Shown here: in pieces, positions 26,966 to 40,575 of the stretch
How the letters are laid out: each line of letters opens with the position of its first letter
Position numbering within the stretch: position 1 is the first letter of the stretch
Source: Macrostomum lignano
Taxonomy: Eukaryota
NCBI GenBank assembly: GCA_002269645.1
Contig: NIVC01003499.1
Span: forward strand, 30,737-94,736
Reading direction: 5' to 3'
Length of the DNA: 64,000 bases
Made by a program: the position numbers and the translations under genes
The notes under the pieces: generated by a model
The model's input: the letters and a program-made list of their open reading frames with translations, nothing else
What the model was told of the DNA's origin: nothing
Databases searched by the model: none

Positions 26966-27949
26966 TTCATCATAAGTACCGTATGTAGAAGCCGTGTCCA
27001 AGAGGTGGCTATCGTGGAGCTCCCATCATTCACCGAGGTTGTTGGCCTCATTAGAAAAGACACACTTTTATGGAACGTGCCTATGATTTTTTGGTGGATT
27101 GGAGGGATCATGGACCCCGGCCTCACCGCGTACAGCGTGTACACCACTGTGTGTGAATAAGTCTGCGTTTCAGAGCCAGGTAACTTTTTCCAAGAAATAA
27201 GGGACTTAGAGGAATACAACGGTGGAGGGAACACCTTGCAATACCTGTGAACCCATGTACCCACAGCTGACAAATCTTCGGTAAAGGTATGAAAACATTC
27301 ATGGTTTTAGGTCGCAAGATTCCAAAGGATTCTACAAACTGCTTTACTTGCTGGATTATTTTTTCTCTCAATTTTTTCTTCTCAATCACAGCTCTGCAAT
27401 TATTTTATCTCGCATCATCAACTCAAATGCAACTTTATTTAGACGTCATAAAACATTTTATAAAAACTGGATTGGTAAAAACTTTATCGCTTACTACTAG
27501 TAATACATAAAGAATCCTTTTTGGAAATTATCCTTAGCTGAGGCCACTTACTTTATCAGCAGTTAATGCTTTTAAATCAAATTATGCTCTTTATACATTT
27601 CTTTTCAACCTAAATAATACAATAATGAGTTTTTTTGAGCTGTCTTAGATATACTGTTTAGTTCCTTAGATGCGTTCCATTTTTCTGTTTATTAAATATC
27701 CGAAAATCTATAATAATGCATAATCATAAACTGCAATTTTTTTGTTTCTTTTATTACTGTGCAACTGTAATTCCAGTTTTTCTTGGAAATGGTGTTGTTT
27801 AGACTGTCATAACTGCAACCGCAATGTACACGTGTATTATGCATGACAATATTGCTGCAATCGTAGATATTTGTCTAAGAATTTCTCTCAAACTTGAGAG
27901 CCTGGGAATCATCACTTTGCGCCATAGTGACACTGGCGTATTCGCTGAC

Positions 27950-28345
27950 CTCTCGTGACCCCCTTATGACCCTTAAAGATCTCCCCTAATGACTCTTTTA
28001 ATGACCCCACTTAATGACCCGCTCATGACTCCTTTAACGACATCTTAATGACCCCTTAGTAGCCCCTAATGACCCTCTAATGGTTCTTTATAAAGAGTCT
28101 AACGACCCACTAATGACATTTTCATGACTCCTATAATGACCCTCTTAATGACCCCCTAATGAATTTCTCACGACTCTTTTAATGACCCCCTAATGACTCT
28201 CTTAATGACCCCCAAATTACCCTCTTAATGACCCTCTCATGACACTTTTAACGATATCCTAATGAAACTTTAGTTAGTGACCCCCTAATGACCCTTTTAA
28301 TAACCCTCTCATGATCTAATTTATGACCCTCTAATGACCCCTTTC
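27950..28345. repeat. Degenerate short-period tandem repeat (ATGACCCC core)
   Basis: Recurrent TAATGACCCC / ATGACTC motifs every about 13-16 bp. Confidence 0.75.
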
Positions 28346-28694
28346 CAAGAGTGCAACAGTACAAGTACACAAATTTAACTACATCAAAATTCACAAAGTT
28401 ACATGTATATCTCACTAATTGCATCTACTGTCCATCCGAATTGTATCTGAATATATTGATAACAGGAATATTTATCACTGCTTCATTTCCGGCAAATGGG
28501 AAATATAGATGTGTACTACAAAGTCCCTTATGAAATGCATAATATATAGCAAATAAATATATATCATTTTAATTGGCAATGCATATACAAAATTCCGTTC
28601 AATACGTTTTATCATCTGCAAACAGGTCACTGCAAAAGATTTTTAACAACGCTTTTGTTCATTTCCGTCTATAATTGATTTTTGACAGTTTTCT

Positions 28695-30432
28695 AGTGGC
28701 GCCCCTGTCCCTAAGGGTGGGCACACCTGTCCCAAATGGTGGCGCCCCTGTCCCTAATGGTGGCGCCCCTGTTCCTAACGGTGGTTCCCTATCCCTAATG
28801 GTGGCGCCCCTGTCCCTAATAGAGGCGCCCCTGTTCCTAATGTTGGCTCCCCTGTCCCTAATTTTGGCTCCCCTGTCCCTAATAGTGGCGCCCCTGTTCC
28901 TAATGTTGGCTCCCCTGTCCCTAATTTTGGCTCCCCTGTCCCTAATAGTGGCGCCCCTGTTCCTAATGTTGGCTCCCCTGTCCCTAATGTTGGCTCCCCT
29001 GTCCCTAATAGTGGCGCCCCTGTCCCTAATAGAGGCACCCCTGTCCCAATGGTGGTCCCAATGATGGTGCAGGCGCCCCTGTCCCTAATAGAGGCGCCCC
29101 TGTCTCTAATGGTGGGGCTCCTGTCTCGAATGCATGGTGAGCACCCCTGTTCCTAATGGTGGCGCCCCTGTTCCTAATGGTGGCGCCCCTGTCCCTAATG
29201 GTGGCGCCTCTGTCCCTAATGGTGACGCCCCTGTCCCTAATGGTGGCGCCTCTGTCCCTAATGCTGACGCCCCTGTCCCCAATGGTGGCGCCCCTGTTCC
29301 TAATGTTGGCTCCCCTGTCCCTAATTTTGGCTCCCCTGTCCCTAATAGTGGCGCCCCTGTTCCTAATGTTGGCTCCCCTGTCCCTAATAGTGGCGCCCCT
29401 GTCCCTAATAGAGGCACCCCTGTCCCAATGGTGGTCCCAATGATGGTGCAGGCGCCCCTGTCCCTAATAGAGGCGCCCCTGTCTCTAATGGTGGGGCTCC
29501 TGTCTCGAATGCATGGTGAGCACCCCTGTTCCTAATGGTGGCGCCCCTGTTCCTAATGGTGGCGCCCCTGTCCCTAATGGTGGCGCCTCTGTCCCTAATG
29601 GTGACGCCCCTGTCCCTAATGGTGGCGCCTCTGTCCCTAATGGTGACGCCCCTGTCCCTAATGGTGGCGCCCCTGTCCCCGATGGTGGCGCCCCTGTCCC
29701 AATGGTGGCGCCCCTGTCCCCAATGGTGGCGCCCCTGTCCCAATGGTGGCGCCCCTGTCCCAATGGTGGCGCCCCTGTCCCTAATGTTGGCGCCCCTGTT
29801 CCTAATGTCGGCTCCCCTGTCCCTAATAGAGGCGCCCCTGTTCCTAATGTTAGCTCCCCTGTCCCTAATAGAGGCGCCCCTGTTCCTAATGTTGGCTCCC
29901 CTGTCCCTAATGTTGGCTCCCCTGTCCCTAATGGTGGCGCCCCTGTCCCTAATAGTGGCGCCCCTGTCCCTAATGGTGCAGGCGCCCCTGTCCCTAATAG
30001 AGGCACCCCTGTCTCTAATGGTGGGGCTCCTGTCCCGAATGCATGGTGAGCACCCCTGTCCCTAATGGTGGCGCCCCTGTTCCTAATGGTGGCGCCCCTG
30101 TCCCTAATGGTGGCGCCTCTGTCCCTAATGCTGACGCCCCTGTCCCTAATGGTGGCGCCCCTGTTCCTAATGGTGGCGCCCCTGTCCCTAATGGTGGCGC
30201 CTCTGTCACTAATGGTGACGCCCCTGTCCCTAATGGTGGCGCCTCTGTCCCTAATGCTGACGCCCCTGTCCCAATGGTGGCGCCCCTGTCCCAATGGTGG
30301 CGCCCCTGTCCCAATGGTGGCGCCCCTGTTCCTAATGGTGGCGCCCCTGTCCCAATGGTGGCGCCCCTGTCCCAATGGTGGCGCCCCTGTCCCAATGGTG
30401 GCGCCCCTGTTCCTAATGGTGACACCCCTGTC
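28695..30432. repeat. Tandem minisatellite, 21-bp unit, with higher-order blocks
   Basis: GGCGCCCCTGTCCCTAATGGT x about 80; an interrupting variant block recurs three times. Confidence 0.97.
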
Positions 30433-30782
30433 GCTAAACTGAGTTTCAAAAGGCCAGATTTTGCCGCCCTCACGGTCTAAACTAGAAATTGACAAGTAAC
30501 ATCAGTCAGTCGAAATTTTACATCAAAGAATGAAGAGTTTCAATATATTGTTTACATATTCAAGACATACTTGAGATTCAAATGCCAGCTACAGTTGAAA
30601 TTATATTATTTATTGTAATTTGTTACCATATAGGAGCAAACATAGGATTATAAACTAACAAATAGAAAGGAAATTTGCTTGAGTTGCGAAGCCTAGACTG
30701 GTTTTAGTTCTATTCGAAGTTGAACGATTAAAATGCAAGTCAGGCATGAAAGTTAAACTTTGCCTGCATTTCAATTATCTCT

Positions 30783-30819
<37 letters not shown>

Positions 30820-31029
30820 GATTGTATACATGGGGCTTTGGCCTATTAATTAATGCGAAGATTCAGCTAACCTGCTAAGAATTCAAAGCATATCATATTT
30901 TCGATTATGATCTTTTTTACACTGTACTTGCATCTTGCATGCACGTCTGGTAAAATCAAGAGTAAGGAAATGCGAGATTGGAATTTCAAGACAGAAGATT
31001 TAAAAATACAAGCAGGAACAAAAGAAGGG

Positions 31030-31375
31030 AATCTCAGGGACTCACAGGGATCCACGGGGGGAGGGAATCACAGGGACTCACAGAGAGGGAATCACAGGGA
31101 CTCACATGGAGGGAATCACAGAGATTCACAGGAAGGGAATCACAGAGATTCACAGGAAGAGAATCAGTGAATCACAGAGATTCACAGGGAGGAAATCACA
31201 GATTCACAGGAATCACCAGGTAGGGAATCACAGGGACTCACAGGGAGGGAATCATATAAAGTCACAAGGAGGGAATCACAGAGATTCACAGGAAGGAACT
31301 CACAGAGACTCTCTGGGAAGGACTCACAAGGACTCACAAGGACTCTCAGGGAATCACAGTGATTCACATGGATTC
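31030..31375. repeat. Degenerate tandem repeat, about 24-bp unit
   Basis: GGGAATCACAGGGACTCACAG(A/G)GA-like units x about 14. Confidence 0.85.
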
Positions 31376-32901
31376 ATAGGAAGAGGGTGATGATCTTAAA
31401 TCATAAATGCAGCATGCTATAGTCTGCACTGTCAGTGCAATATTTGCTCACTGCATAGTACATGTGAATAGAGACTTTCCCTTGTAGTTGTATGGTCAAG
31501 GCTCATTCACACTGCCATTAAAGGAGCTATAAAATCACGCGCCCAATGTACAAAGGAATCAAATGTGATGTGATGTACAAATTGTGTGATCACCATGGTC
31601 ACACATTGCAACTCACATAATATATTCACATAGACCATGACTCAGCACTCAGCAGTCGCCAGTGTCTGCTCAAGTTTCTATATTTTTTCTAGAGCACGCT
31701 AAAGTGGGTAGAAGTTGGACTCGGGCTTTTGCTGCAATTTGCTGCAACAGCTAGTCTAGAATTAGAACGGAAAAACTTCCAACTGAGAGTGTAGAGAGAA
31801 TTAAAATGAAAGACAAACCATATCTTTCATTTCTTGCTCTAATTTTTTTTCAGTTTCGAGCGTCATTGGAGACGGAGAGAAACAGAGCTAGCATTAAAAT
31901 TGCATTGGAATTGGAAATAGGTAAAATGGAAATGGAAAAATGGAAAAGAAATAAAAAGAAATTTCTTTACTTGGCCTGTGGCCTGTGGCTGGCAACGCAT
32001 GCAGATGCAATGCATTCTTTTTAGTTTACAACTCCAAGCCCAGGAGCGTTCTAGCTTCTATTGTGCTACAAGTGAGGCATTGGCAAGCAAGAGAGAGGGA
32101 GAGGGAGAGACGGGACGGGAACCATGGCAACGGCCCCACTTGAGTTATAGCCTCAAGGCTCACTCCCTCTCCAGCTAAGGGGGCTGCTAGAGTCTGGCAA
32201 GCGGGCAGAATTATTGGGCTATGCTATGGCCATGGGGGTAATTGCTGTAGCATACTGCCCGCCTACTGCACAGCCGAAGTCCCATGCATGCATGCAGTGT
32301 GAGCGTGGAGGGAGTGACGAGACGAGTGAGTAAGCGAGCGAGTGGGCTGAGTCTGAGGGCAATCCACTGAATCCAGTGCAAGGCGCGCCGGCGTCGCATG
32401 GGTGGGTCTCTTAGGGGGTTTGGGGAGGGTGGGGTGCTAGAGAAATCTAGCAAGGGCTGGCTACGCCCTCAATACCAATACAGCAGGGCCTAACAGACAG
32501 CAAGCATAGACTGGGGTAGAGAAAATCCTTCCTTCCCTTCACACTGGGGGGCCAGGCAGGGTTGGGTTGGAAATGAAATTTAGGGGGGGGGGGTTGAAGC
32601 CTGAGGGTGAGTCACATCGCGTGGCTTCAGCCCCCTCAGCCCTTCACTGCCCAAAATTATCGATTTTTCCTACCCCTACTAGGAGTGAAAGCCAGCGCAA
32701 ACAATTGAGGTACGGGACAGGGGGTTTGTATTTGATCTAAAATCTACAACTAGCGTACACTGATATAGTGTACATGACTGAAAAAACCCCGCCCAACGCC
32801 TTCCGACCCATTTTCCGTCCCCACACATCGCTATTGGCAACGCGGGCTTTACAGCATAATGGCCAGATACCATGTTGCCGTTGGTTACGCCGGGCCAACT
32901 C

Positions 32902-32908
32902 TATAAAA
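32902..32908 (+). promoter_or_regulatory. TATA box of the alpha-tubulin gene
   Basis: TATAAAA about 120 bp upstream of the ATG at 33025, with ATTGG/GC-rich elements just upstream. Confidence 0.6.
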
Positions 32909-33024
32909 TAGAGAATTCTGAGCCCGCTCCGAGACGCCTCATCGCCAGCTCTACAGCTAACTTCAAGCTCGTCAAAGCGTTTTGTCTTCTACAGTCTCCA
33001 CGCCTCTTTCTAGGCTAATCAACC

Positions 33025-34481
<1,457 letters not shown>

Positions 34482-34487
34482 ACAGTG

Positions 34488-34493
34488 AATAAA
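34488..34493 (+). promoter_or_regulatory. Candidate polyadenylation signal of alpha-tubulin
   Basis: AATAAA 6 nt after the TAG stop. Confidence 0.5.
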
Positions 34494-35769
34494 AGCTGCG
34501 AAGATGAAGCTAACTACAAAAACTGATTAATCATCTTTTTAGTTGCTCGTCGGACTCCTTTTTTATTACTCGCTCCTCTAAATCCCCCAGCTTATTGTCC
34601 TTAACCACGTTTAATCAACCATTTAAATTACTGACAGTGTTACATCCGTGCTGCTGGTCTATCGATTTATTTCGGTGGTTCTGCAGTCGCGTGTTGCATA
34701 AATTGAAGTGGCGGGAGCCAAGCTCGTAGTCGTTGCAGTGCGTGCTGTTCAGTGAGCAAAGACGCGTGACAGTGGCGCAGTCAACCTCTGAACCCACCGT
34801 GTGGGCTTCATGTTGCTGAGCTCTGTTTCCTGCCTCTTATTATATTTGTCTGGCTGCTTTGCTCACTGAGGTTTAAATGGCTGTCCTTGTGTCCGGGTGA
34901 TGGTTCCCAGTAGAGGACTTGGTTGTGCGTTTTTTTCTAACAGAATTTGAGAAGGCACGTCTGATTCCATCGTCAGTTGTGACTATCTTATATTGTTGCC
35001 ATCAACAACGGCCAATCAGCTTAAGTTTAACTGCTGTCTGCCTCTATAACACCAGATATCCACTTAACAACTCTATGATTTAAATAAAATTGGAATCTTT
35101 TCATTTCCACATCTTTTCGTCTTGAGACTTCATTTTGCCAAAGAGCAACTTTACTCTACTACTTGCCAGAACTAAATAGTAACAGTAGTATATGCTGAAT
35201 CAGCAGTTCATTAGTGTGGGCGGGGGCGGCGATCTTCACATGGTGTCCAAAAGGGTGCTATGCGTCCAAGCAACTCGAATTAAGCCTGTTACTCTTAGGT
35301 TGTCAGCATGCATGCATTTTTACTTGCAGGTGTTTCTTTAGAAATCTGATTAGTGTCTAAAGTAGTGTTACTTTTGCCTAAAGATTTTTGATACCTGAAA
35401 TTCCCTGATTACCTGAAATTCAACCAGCTTGGTGTCATTTGATAGCGGAAAATGTATTTATTTGTATATCATTTGACAAGTTGGCTCTTCATGTATTTGG
35501 CCTATTATATGGTGGCCAATTAGTTACAAAGAGGTAATAAGTTACAAAAGGAGTAATTCCGGGGGGTTTACCAAGGACCCTTGGAATTGCTATTACATGT
35601 ACATTTATATTACATGAGAATTACAGTACATTAGCACATTCTCATGCATCATAATGGACAGAAAATGATGCCTGCATCGGTTTCTGATGAGTCAGGGTCG
35701 AAATTAGAAAATCGGCCTTCAAAATTTTTGCTCAAATTTGGAGTGGTGCGTACAAAGAGGAATCTCTAA

Positions 35770-36017
35770 CAGGGACTACTCAATACTCGGGACAGGAAAC
35801 GAAAATATTTTGAGGCCGATCTACAACACTTGTATAATACATTAACTTACGTAGTCCTCGAAAAGCATTCTTCGATTAGGCCCTACCTTGTAGTCAGTGA
35901 GTTTGTGTCTGGTATAAACCTATCCAAGCGATGCTTTTCGAGGACTACATGTAAGTTATTAATAGATCGGCCTCCAAAATATTGTCGTTTCCCGTCCCGA
36001 GTATTGAGTAGTCTCTG
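35770..36017. mobile_element. MITE-like foldback element, hAT-type ends
   Basis: Left arm CAGGGACTACTCAATACTCGGGACAGGAAACGAAAATATTTTGAGGCCGATCTA pairs with right arm TAGATCGGCCTCCAAAATATTGTCGTTTCCCGTCCCGAGTATTGAGTAGTCTCTG; inner arms also pair. Flanks ATCTCTAA / ATCTCTAG are a 7/8 match to an 8-bp TSD. Confidence 0.78.
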
Positions 36018-36090
36018 ATCTCTAGCAGCACTTTTATGCATGACCTGGTGATGTAGCTGCACATCAAACAAACAATTCAGTTTTCAGTCC

Positions 36091-39000
36091 AGTGGCATCA
36101 TCACCGCCGTGAAGCACAGCGACTGGGCTGCGCGGATCGTGCCGGTCGTCAAGAAGGACGGCAGCGTTCGGATTTGCGGGGACTACACAAGCTGACGACC
36201 TACAACACGGCGAGCAAGCCGGAGCACTACCCGCTGCCTCGCATCGAGGACCTCTTCGCCAAGCTCGGCGGCGGCTTCAAGTGGACCAAGCTCGAACTGT
36301 CCAACACCTTGCAGCACCCGCGCTGGCCGACGACAGAAAGGCGTTTCTCACCATCAACACGTCTAAAGGCCTCTTCCAGGTCAATCGCCTCCCATTCGGT
36401 ATCACGAGCGCCAGCGCGATCTTTCAACGCACCCTGGACACCCTTCTGGGAGACCTGGACGCCGTCCAAATCTTCGTCGAAGACATTCTGGTCACCGGCA
36501 GCACAATGGAACAGCACAAGAGGAACCTGGCGCTGGTCCTGCGGCGCTTTAAGGACCCCGGCCTACGACTCAACAAGGAGAAATGCAAATTCTTCGAGGA
36601 CTCTGTTGAGTACCTCAGCCATCGGATCGATGCCAGCGGACTCAAGCCGCTGCCGGATCGGGTCACCGCCGTCCAGGACGCGCCAGCACCCAAGGACGTC
36701 AGCCAGCTGCACTCGTTTCTGGGCATGCTAGCGCAGTACTGCAAGTTCCTGCCCAACTTGTCTGGCGCCGCTCCACCAGCTCTTGGCCAAGAACACTCGC
36801 TGGTCATGGGGGCCACCGCAGCAACAGGCATTCGCAGAGGCCAAGCGGCTGCTGCTCGAGTCCTCGGTTGTCGTGCACTACAATCCAAATCTGCCGCTGC
36901 TGGGTCTGCTTGGCGAGCGCAAGGGCATCCCGGCACACGCGGCCGGCCGCCCGGATGCAGTGCTGAGCCATTCGGCTGTCGAGCTACGACTATACGCTGG
37001 AGTTCAGGCCGACCGAAACGCATGCAAACTGCGACTCGCTCTCGCGGCTGCCGCTGTCGCACCTGTTCGAGGAGGAGGCGGCCGTCAACTCACTGCTGCT
37101 CGACGAGGGCTCTGGGTCGGCCATCACGGCGCTGGCGGTGGCGCGGCACACTAGGACGGACGCCTCACTCGGTCGGGTGCTTCGCTGCTTACAAACCAGC
37201 GCGCCCATCGGCGCTAACCTGAGCGACTTCGCCCGGCGGCCAACCGGTCGACCAAGATTGTGTCCTGTGGGGCGCAAAGGTCGTCGTGCCGACCGCGCTG
37301 CGTCAACACGTGATCCAAGAGTTACATCAGGCGCATTCCGGCATCATCAGAATGCGCTCCCTGGCTCGCAGCTACGTGTGGTGGCCCAGCCTTGGCTTCG
37401 GCCTTGGCAGGACTTGGCCGGTAGCCGTGGCCAAGTCCTGCCGCACCTGTCAGCTCAACCAGCCCGACCCGCCCAAGGCGCCGGTGCAACCGTGTCCTCT
37501 GCCGTCCGAGCCATGGGAGCGACTTTGCCAGTCCGGTCGACGGTCACACGTACCTGTGGTGGTCGATGCTCATAGCAAGTGGCCGGAGGTCCAGCGGATG
37601 CGCGTTACAACGTCGGCGGCCACCATCGCGGCGCTGCGGGAGATGTTCGCGCGCCAAGGCATTCCACGCACCGTGGTGTCCGACAACGGGTCGCAGTTCG
37701 CCTCCGCTGAGTTCGCCGAGCTCACCTGGGCTAACGGCATTCGTCACGTGTTCTCGACGCCGTTTCATGCCGCCACCAACGGCCAGGCCGAGAGGTTGGG
37801 ATAGCGACGTTTGCCTGCGGGACGTTTGCCAGCCGACGTTTGCCTGCGGGACGTTTGCCAGCCGACATTTGCCAGCCGAAGTTTGCCAGCCGACGTTTGC
37901 CAGTGGGACGTTTGCCAGCCGAAGTTTGCCTGCCGGACGTTTGCCAGCCGAAGTTTGCCTGCCGGACGTTTGCCTGCCGGACGTTTGCCAGCCGACGTTT
38001 GCCAGCCGACGTTTGCCTGCCGGAAGTTTGCCAGCCAAAATTTGCTAGCCAATATAAAGCCAGTCAGTGAAAAATTTGATACTGAAACATTCGCAGTTTA
38101 GCGGTTTGACAAAAACCGTTTTTACTCCAACTTTTTGACGGTTATTCGCATGTATACAAGTTTGAAAGCAAAATATATAAATTATGCAGTTCATCAGTCT
38201 AACGTCTAATATCTAGTTTAACAACGATTTTGGCACAACATATCAAAAGATGAACATTGGGTTTGCCTCGTATGAAAGCAATAACAATTGTTGTGCTGAA
38301 AAGATGAAAACTTCCTATCTCCCTATGGCCTTCAAAACATTTTTCATAGATTTCGAGTGCTGCGTACTTCTACTTTAGTAGTCCTTGGCATGACTAAGCT
38401 TTGCATACGTAGTGTCTAGCGCTTGCTATTCTACTAGCTTGCTACTGGCGGCTTGTCTGGCTATTCAGCTATATAGCTTACTATAAAAACGTACCGCATT
38501 CGACTCGTCTACACATGTACGTTGAGATCGCGGTTTCCTTGCTTACTTGAGTAGTAATACAACAGCATTGGAATCAATTTGCTTACTTTTAGATCTCCCA
38601 ATGAACTGAGAAATATATGAGCCAGAATTACCGCTCAGCAGCTCTTTTTGTTTGCCTCATTAACTTAATCGCTGGAGATTCCCGTTGTAATCTGCGCGTC
38701 TTCTTTCGCACATCAAAAATCAAACATCTCAAACTGGGAAAAACGATACACAATTGTCAAAAGTAAACAATATTTTCACATTCAAAGAAAATCGTTAAAC
38801 TGGATATTAGATGTAAATCTATATAAATTGCATAATTTATATAGATTTTGCATAAATTTCATAATTTATAGATTTTGCTTTCAAACTTGTATATATGCAA
38901 ATAACCGTCAAAAAGTTGGAGTAAAAACGGTTTTTGTCAAACCGCTAAACTGCGAATGTTTCAGTATCAAATTTTTCACTAACTGGCTTTATATTGGCTA

Positions 39001-40075
39001 GCAAATTTTGGCTGGCAAACTTCCGGCTGGCAAACGTCGGCTGGCAAACGTCCGGCAGGCAAACGTCCGGCAGGCAAACGTCGGCTGGCAAATGTCGGCT
39101 GGCAAACGTCCGACTGGCAAACGTCCCGCTGGCAAACGTCGGCTGGCAAATGTCGGCTGGCAAATGTCGGCTGGCAAATGTCGGCTGGCAAACGTCGGCT
39201 GGCAAACGTCGGCTGGCAAACGTCCCGCAGGCAAACGTCCGGCAGGCAAACTTCGGCTGGCAAACGTCCCGCTGGCAAACGTCGGCTGGCAAACGTCGGC
39301 TGGCAAATGTCGGCTGGCAAACGTCCCGCAGGCAAACGTCGGCTGGCAAACGTCCCGCAGGCAAACGTCGTAGACCCCGAGAGGTTTGTGCAAGTCCTGA
39401 AGCGACATCTGCTCAAGAGCGGCCACTCCGACGTCGAGCTTCAGCGACTGCTGCTCAGCTTTTGCAACACTCCACACAGCATCAGCGGCGTTGCCCCGAG
39501 TCAGCTGCTCATCGGCCGTCGGCTTCGCTGCCGCCTGGACCTCTTGGCACCGTCGCTGACCGATGACGTTCAACGGCGGCAGGAGCGACAGCTGCAGGGA
39601 CGCAGACCGGCGCGCGAGTTTCAGCTGGGTGATCACGTCCTCCTCCGCGACTACAGCGCCGGCGCGAGAGCCGGCGACATGCCACGCTGGGCTGAGGGCG
39701 TCGTCACGGGCGCCGGCAGCCGCAACTACACGGTTGACTCGGAGCGTGGCCAGCACTTCCGGCACACTGATCAGCTGGTGGCAGCCCGCGCTGACTCCGC
39801 TGACACCGTCCATCCGCCGCCTGCTACGGATGACGGCGCCGCCCCGAGTGACAGTGGCGTGCGAAGCGCTGACGCCGAAACCCCCGCCGTCACGGCCAGC
39901 GAGGGGGCGTCCGGCACTGACGTCGAGCCTACGAGCCTACGAGCGGTGTGCGACTCGAGCCTGGCACTTCTCGGCGGTAACCACTGAGGGTTCGAGGCCC
40001 ACCTCAGAGACTACAGCTGTGAAGGGGGGAACTGACTCAGGGGGGAAGTGTGACACTGTGGTGTTATGCAATTGA
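36091..40075 (+). mobile_element. Decayed Ty3/gypsy LTR retrotransposon pol (RT, partial RNase H, integrase), interrupted by an insertion; PPT and start of 3' LTR
   Basis: [56 protein letters not shown]; H2C2 finger LHQAHSGIIRMRSLARSYVWWP..CRTCQ; integrase VVVDAHSKWPEV..SDNGSQF..NGQAE, resuming RFVQVLKR at 39381. Multiple frameshifts. Purine tract 40039-40048 followed by TG at 40049. Confidence 0.92.
37798..39377. mobile_element. Non-autonomous Foldback/MULE-type DNA transposon, 1580 bp, long modular TIRs, 9-bp TSD
   Basis: CGAGAGGTT at 37789-37797 and 39378-39386. Ends are GGG...CCC. Outer TIR modules are about 14-bp tandem repeats (ACGTTTGCCAGCCG left, reverse complement right); inner AT-rich TIR modules at about 38040-38230 and 38790-39010; no ORF in the spacer. 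Confidence 0.92.
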
Positions 40076-40300
40076 ATGAAGCAAGTTTGAAAAAAATCGG
40101 TTCAGGCATTCAGGCTGTAGACTGGAATACCGGTCAAACCTTAGAGATTTAGTATATTGTGATTATTCTTAGTGTATTCTTAGTTAGTTACTAGCAATCT
40201 ACGCCCCCCGTTGAGGAGACAAAGAAATGCAATGCACATTTTTTAATAAGCTACATGTAGCCTTGAAATCTTAAAAAATCTCCTGTCAAACTTCTAATAG

Positions 40301-40575
40301 CCCTAGCCCTAACCCTAACTCTAAACATAACCTTAAATTAAATATTTTGTCCATGAGTTTTTGCATGATGCTTCTATGATTTTTTGCATGACGCTTCCAC
40401 GATTTTTCACATGACGCTTCCATTATTTTTGCATGACGCTTCCATGATAAACATTTTTAATAAGCTACATGAGCTAAGTTATAAGCTAAACTAACCCTAG
40501 CCCTAACCCGAATCTTAACGCTATAACCCTGAACCTAACCCTAAACCTAAACTCTAATACCAACCCTAACACAAA
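40301..40575. repeat. Degenerate (CCCTAA)-like tracts
   Basis: CCCTAGCCCTAACCCTAAC at 40301-40319 and scattered CCCTAA/AACCCT units at 40490-40570. Confidence 0.55.

Noticed and set aside
162-31375. Regularly spaced repeats as possible CRISPR arrays
   Set aside because: Units are head-to-tail with no unique spacers, there are no cas genes, and the context is eukaryotic
37544-39566. Repetitive ORFs such as ANVGWQTSAGK / DVCQPTFASR
   Set aside because: Translations of the Foldback TIR tandem modules
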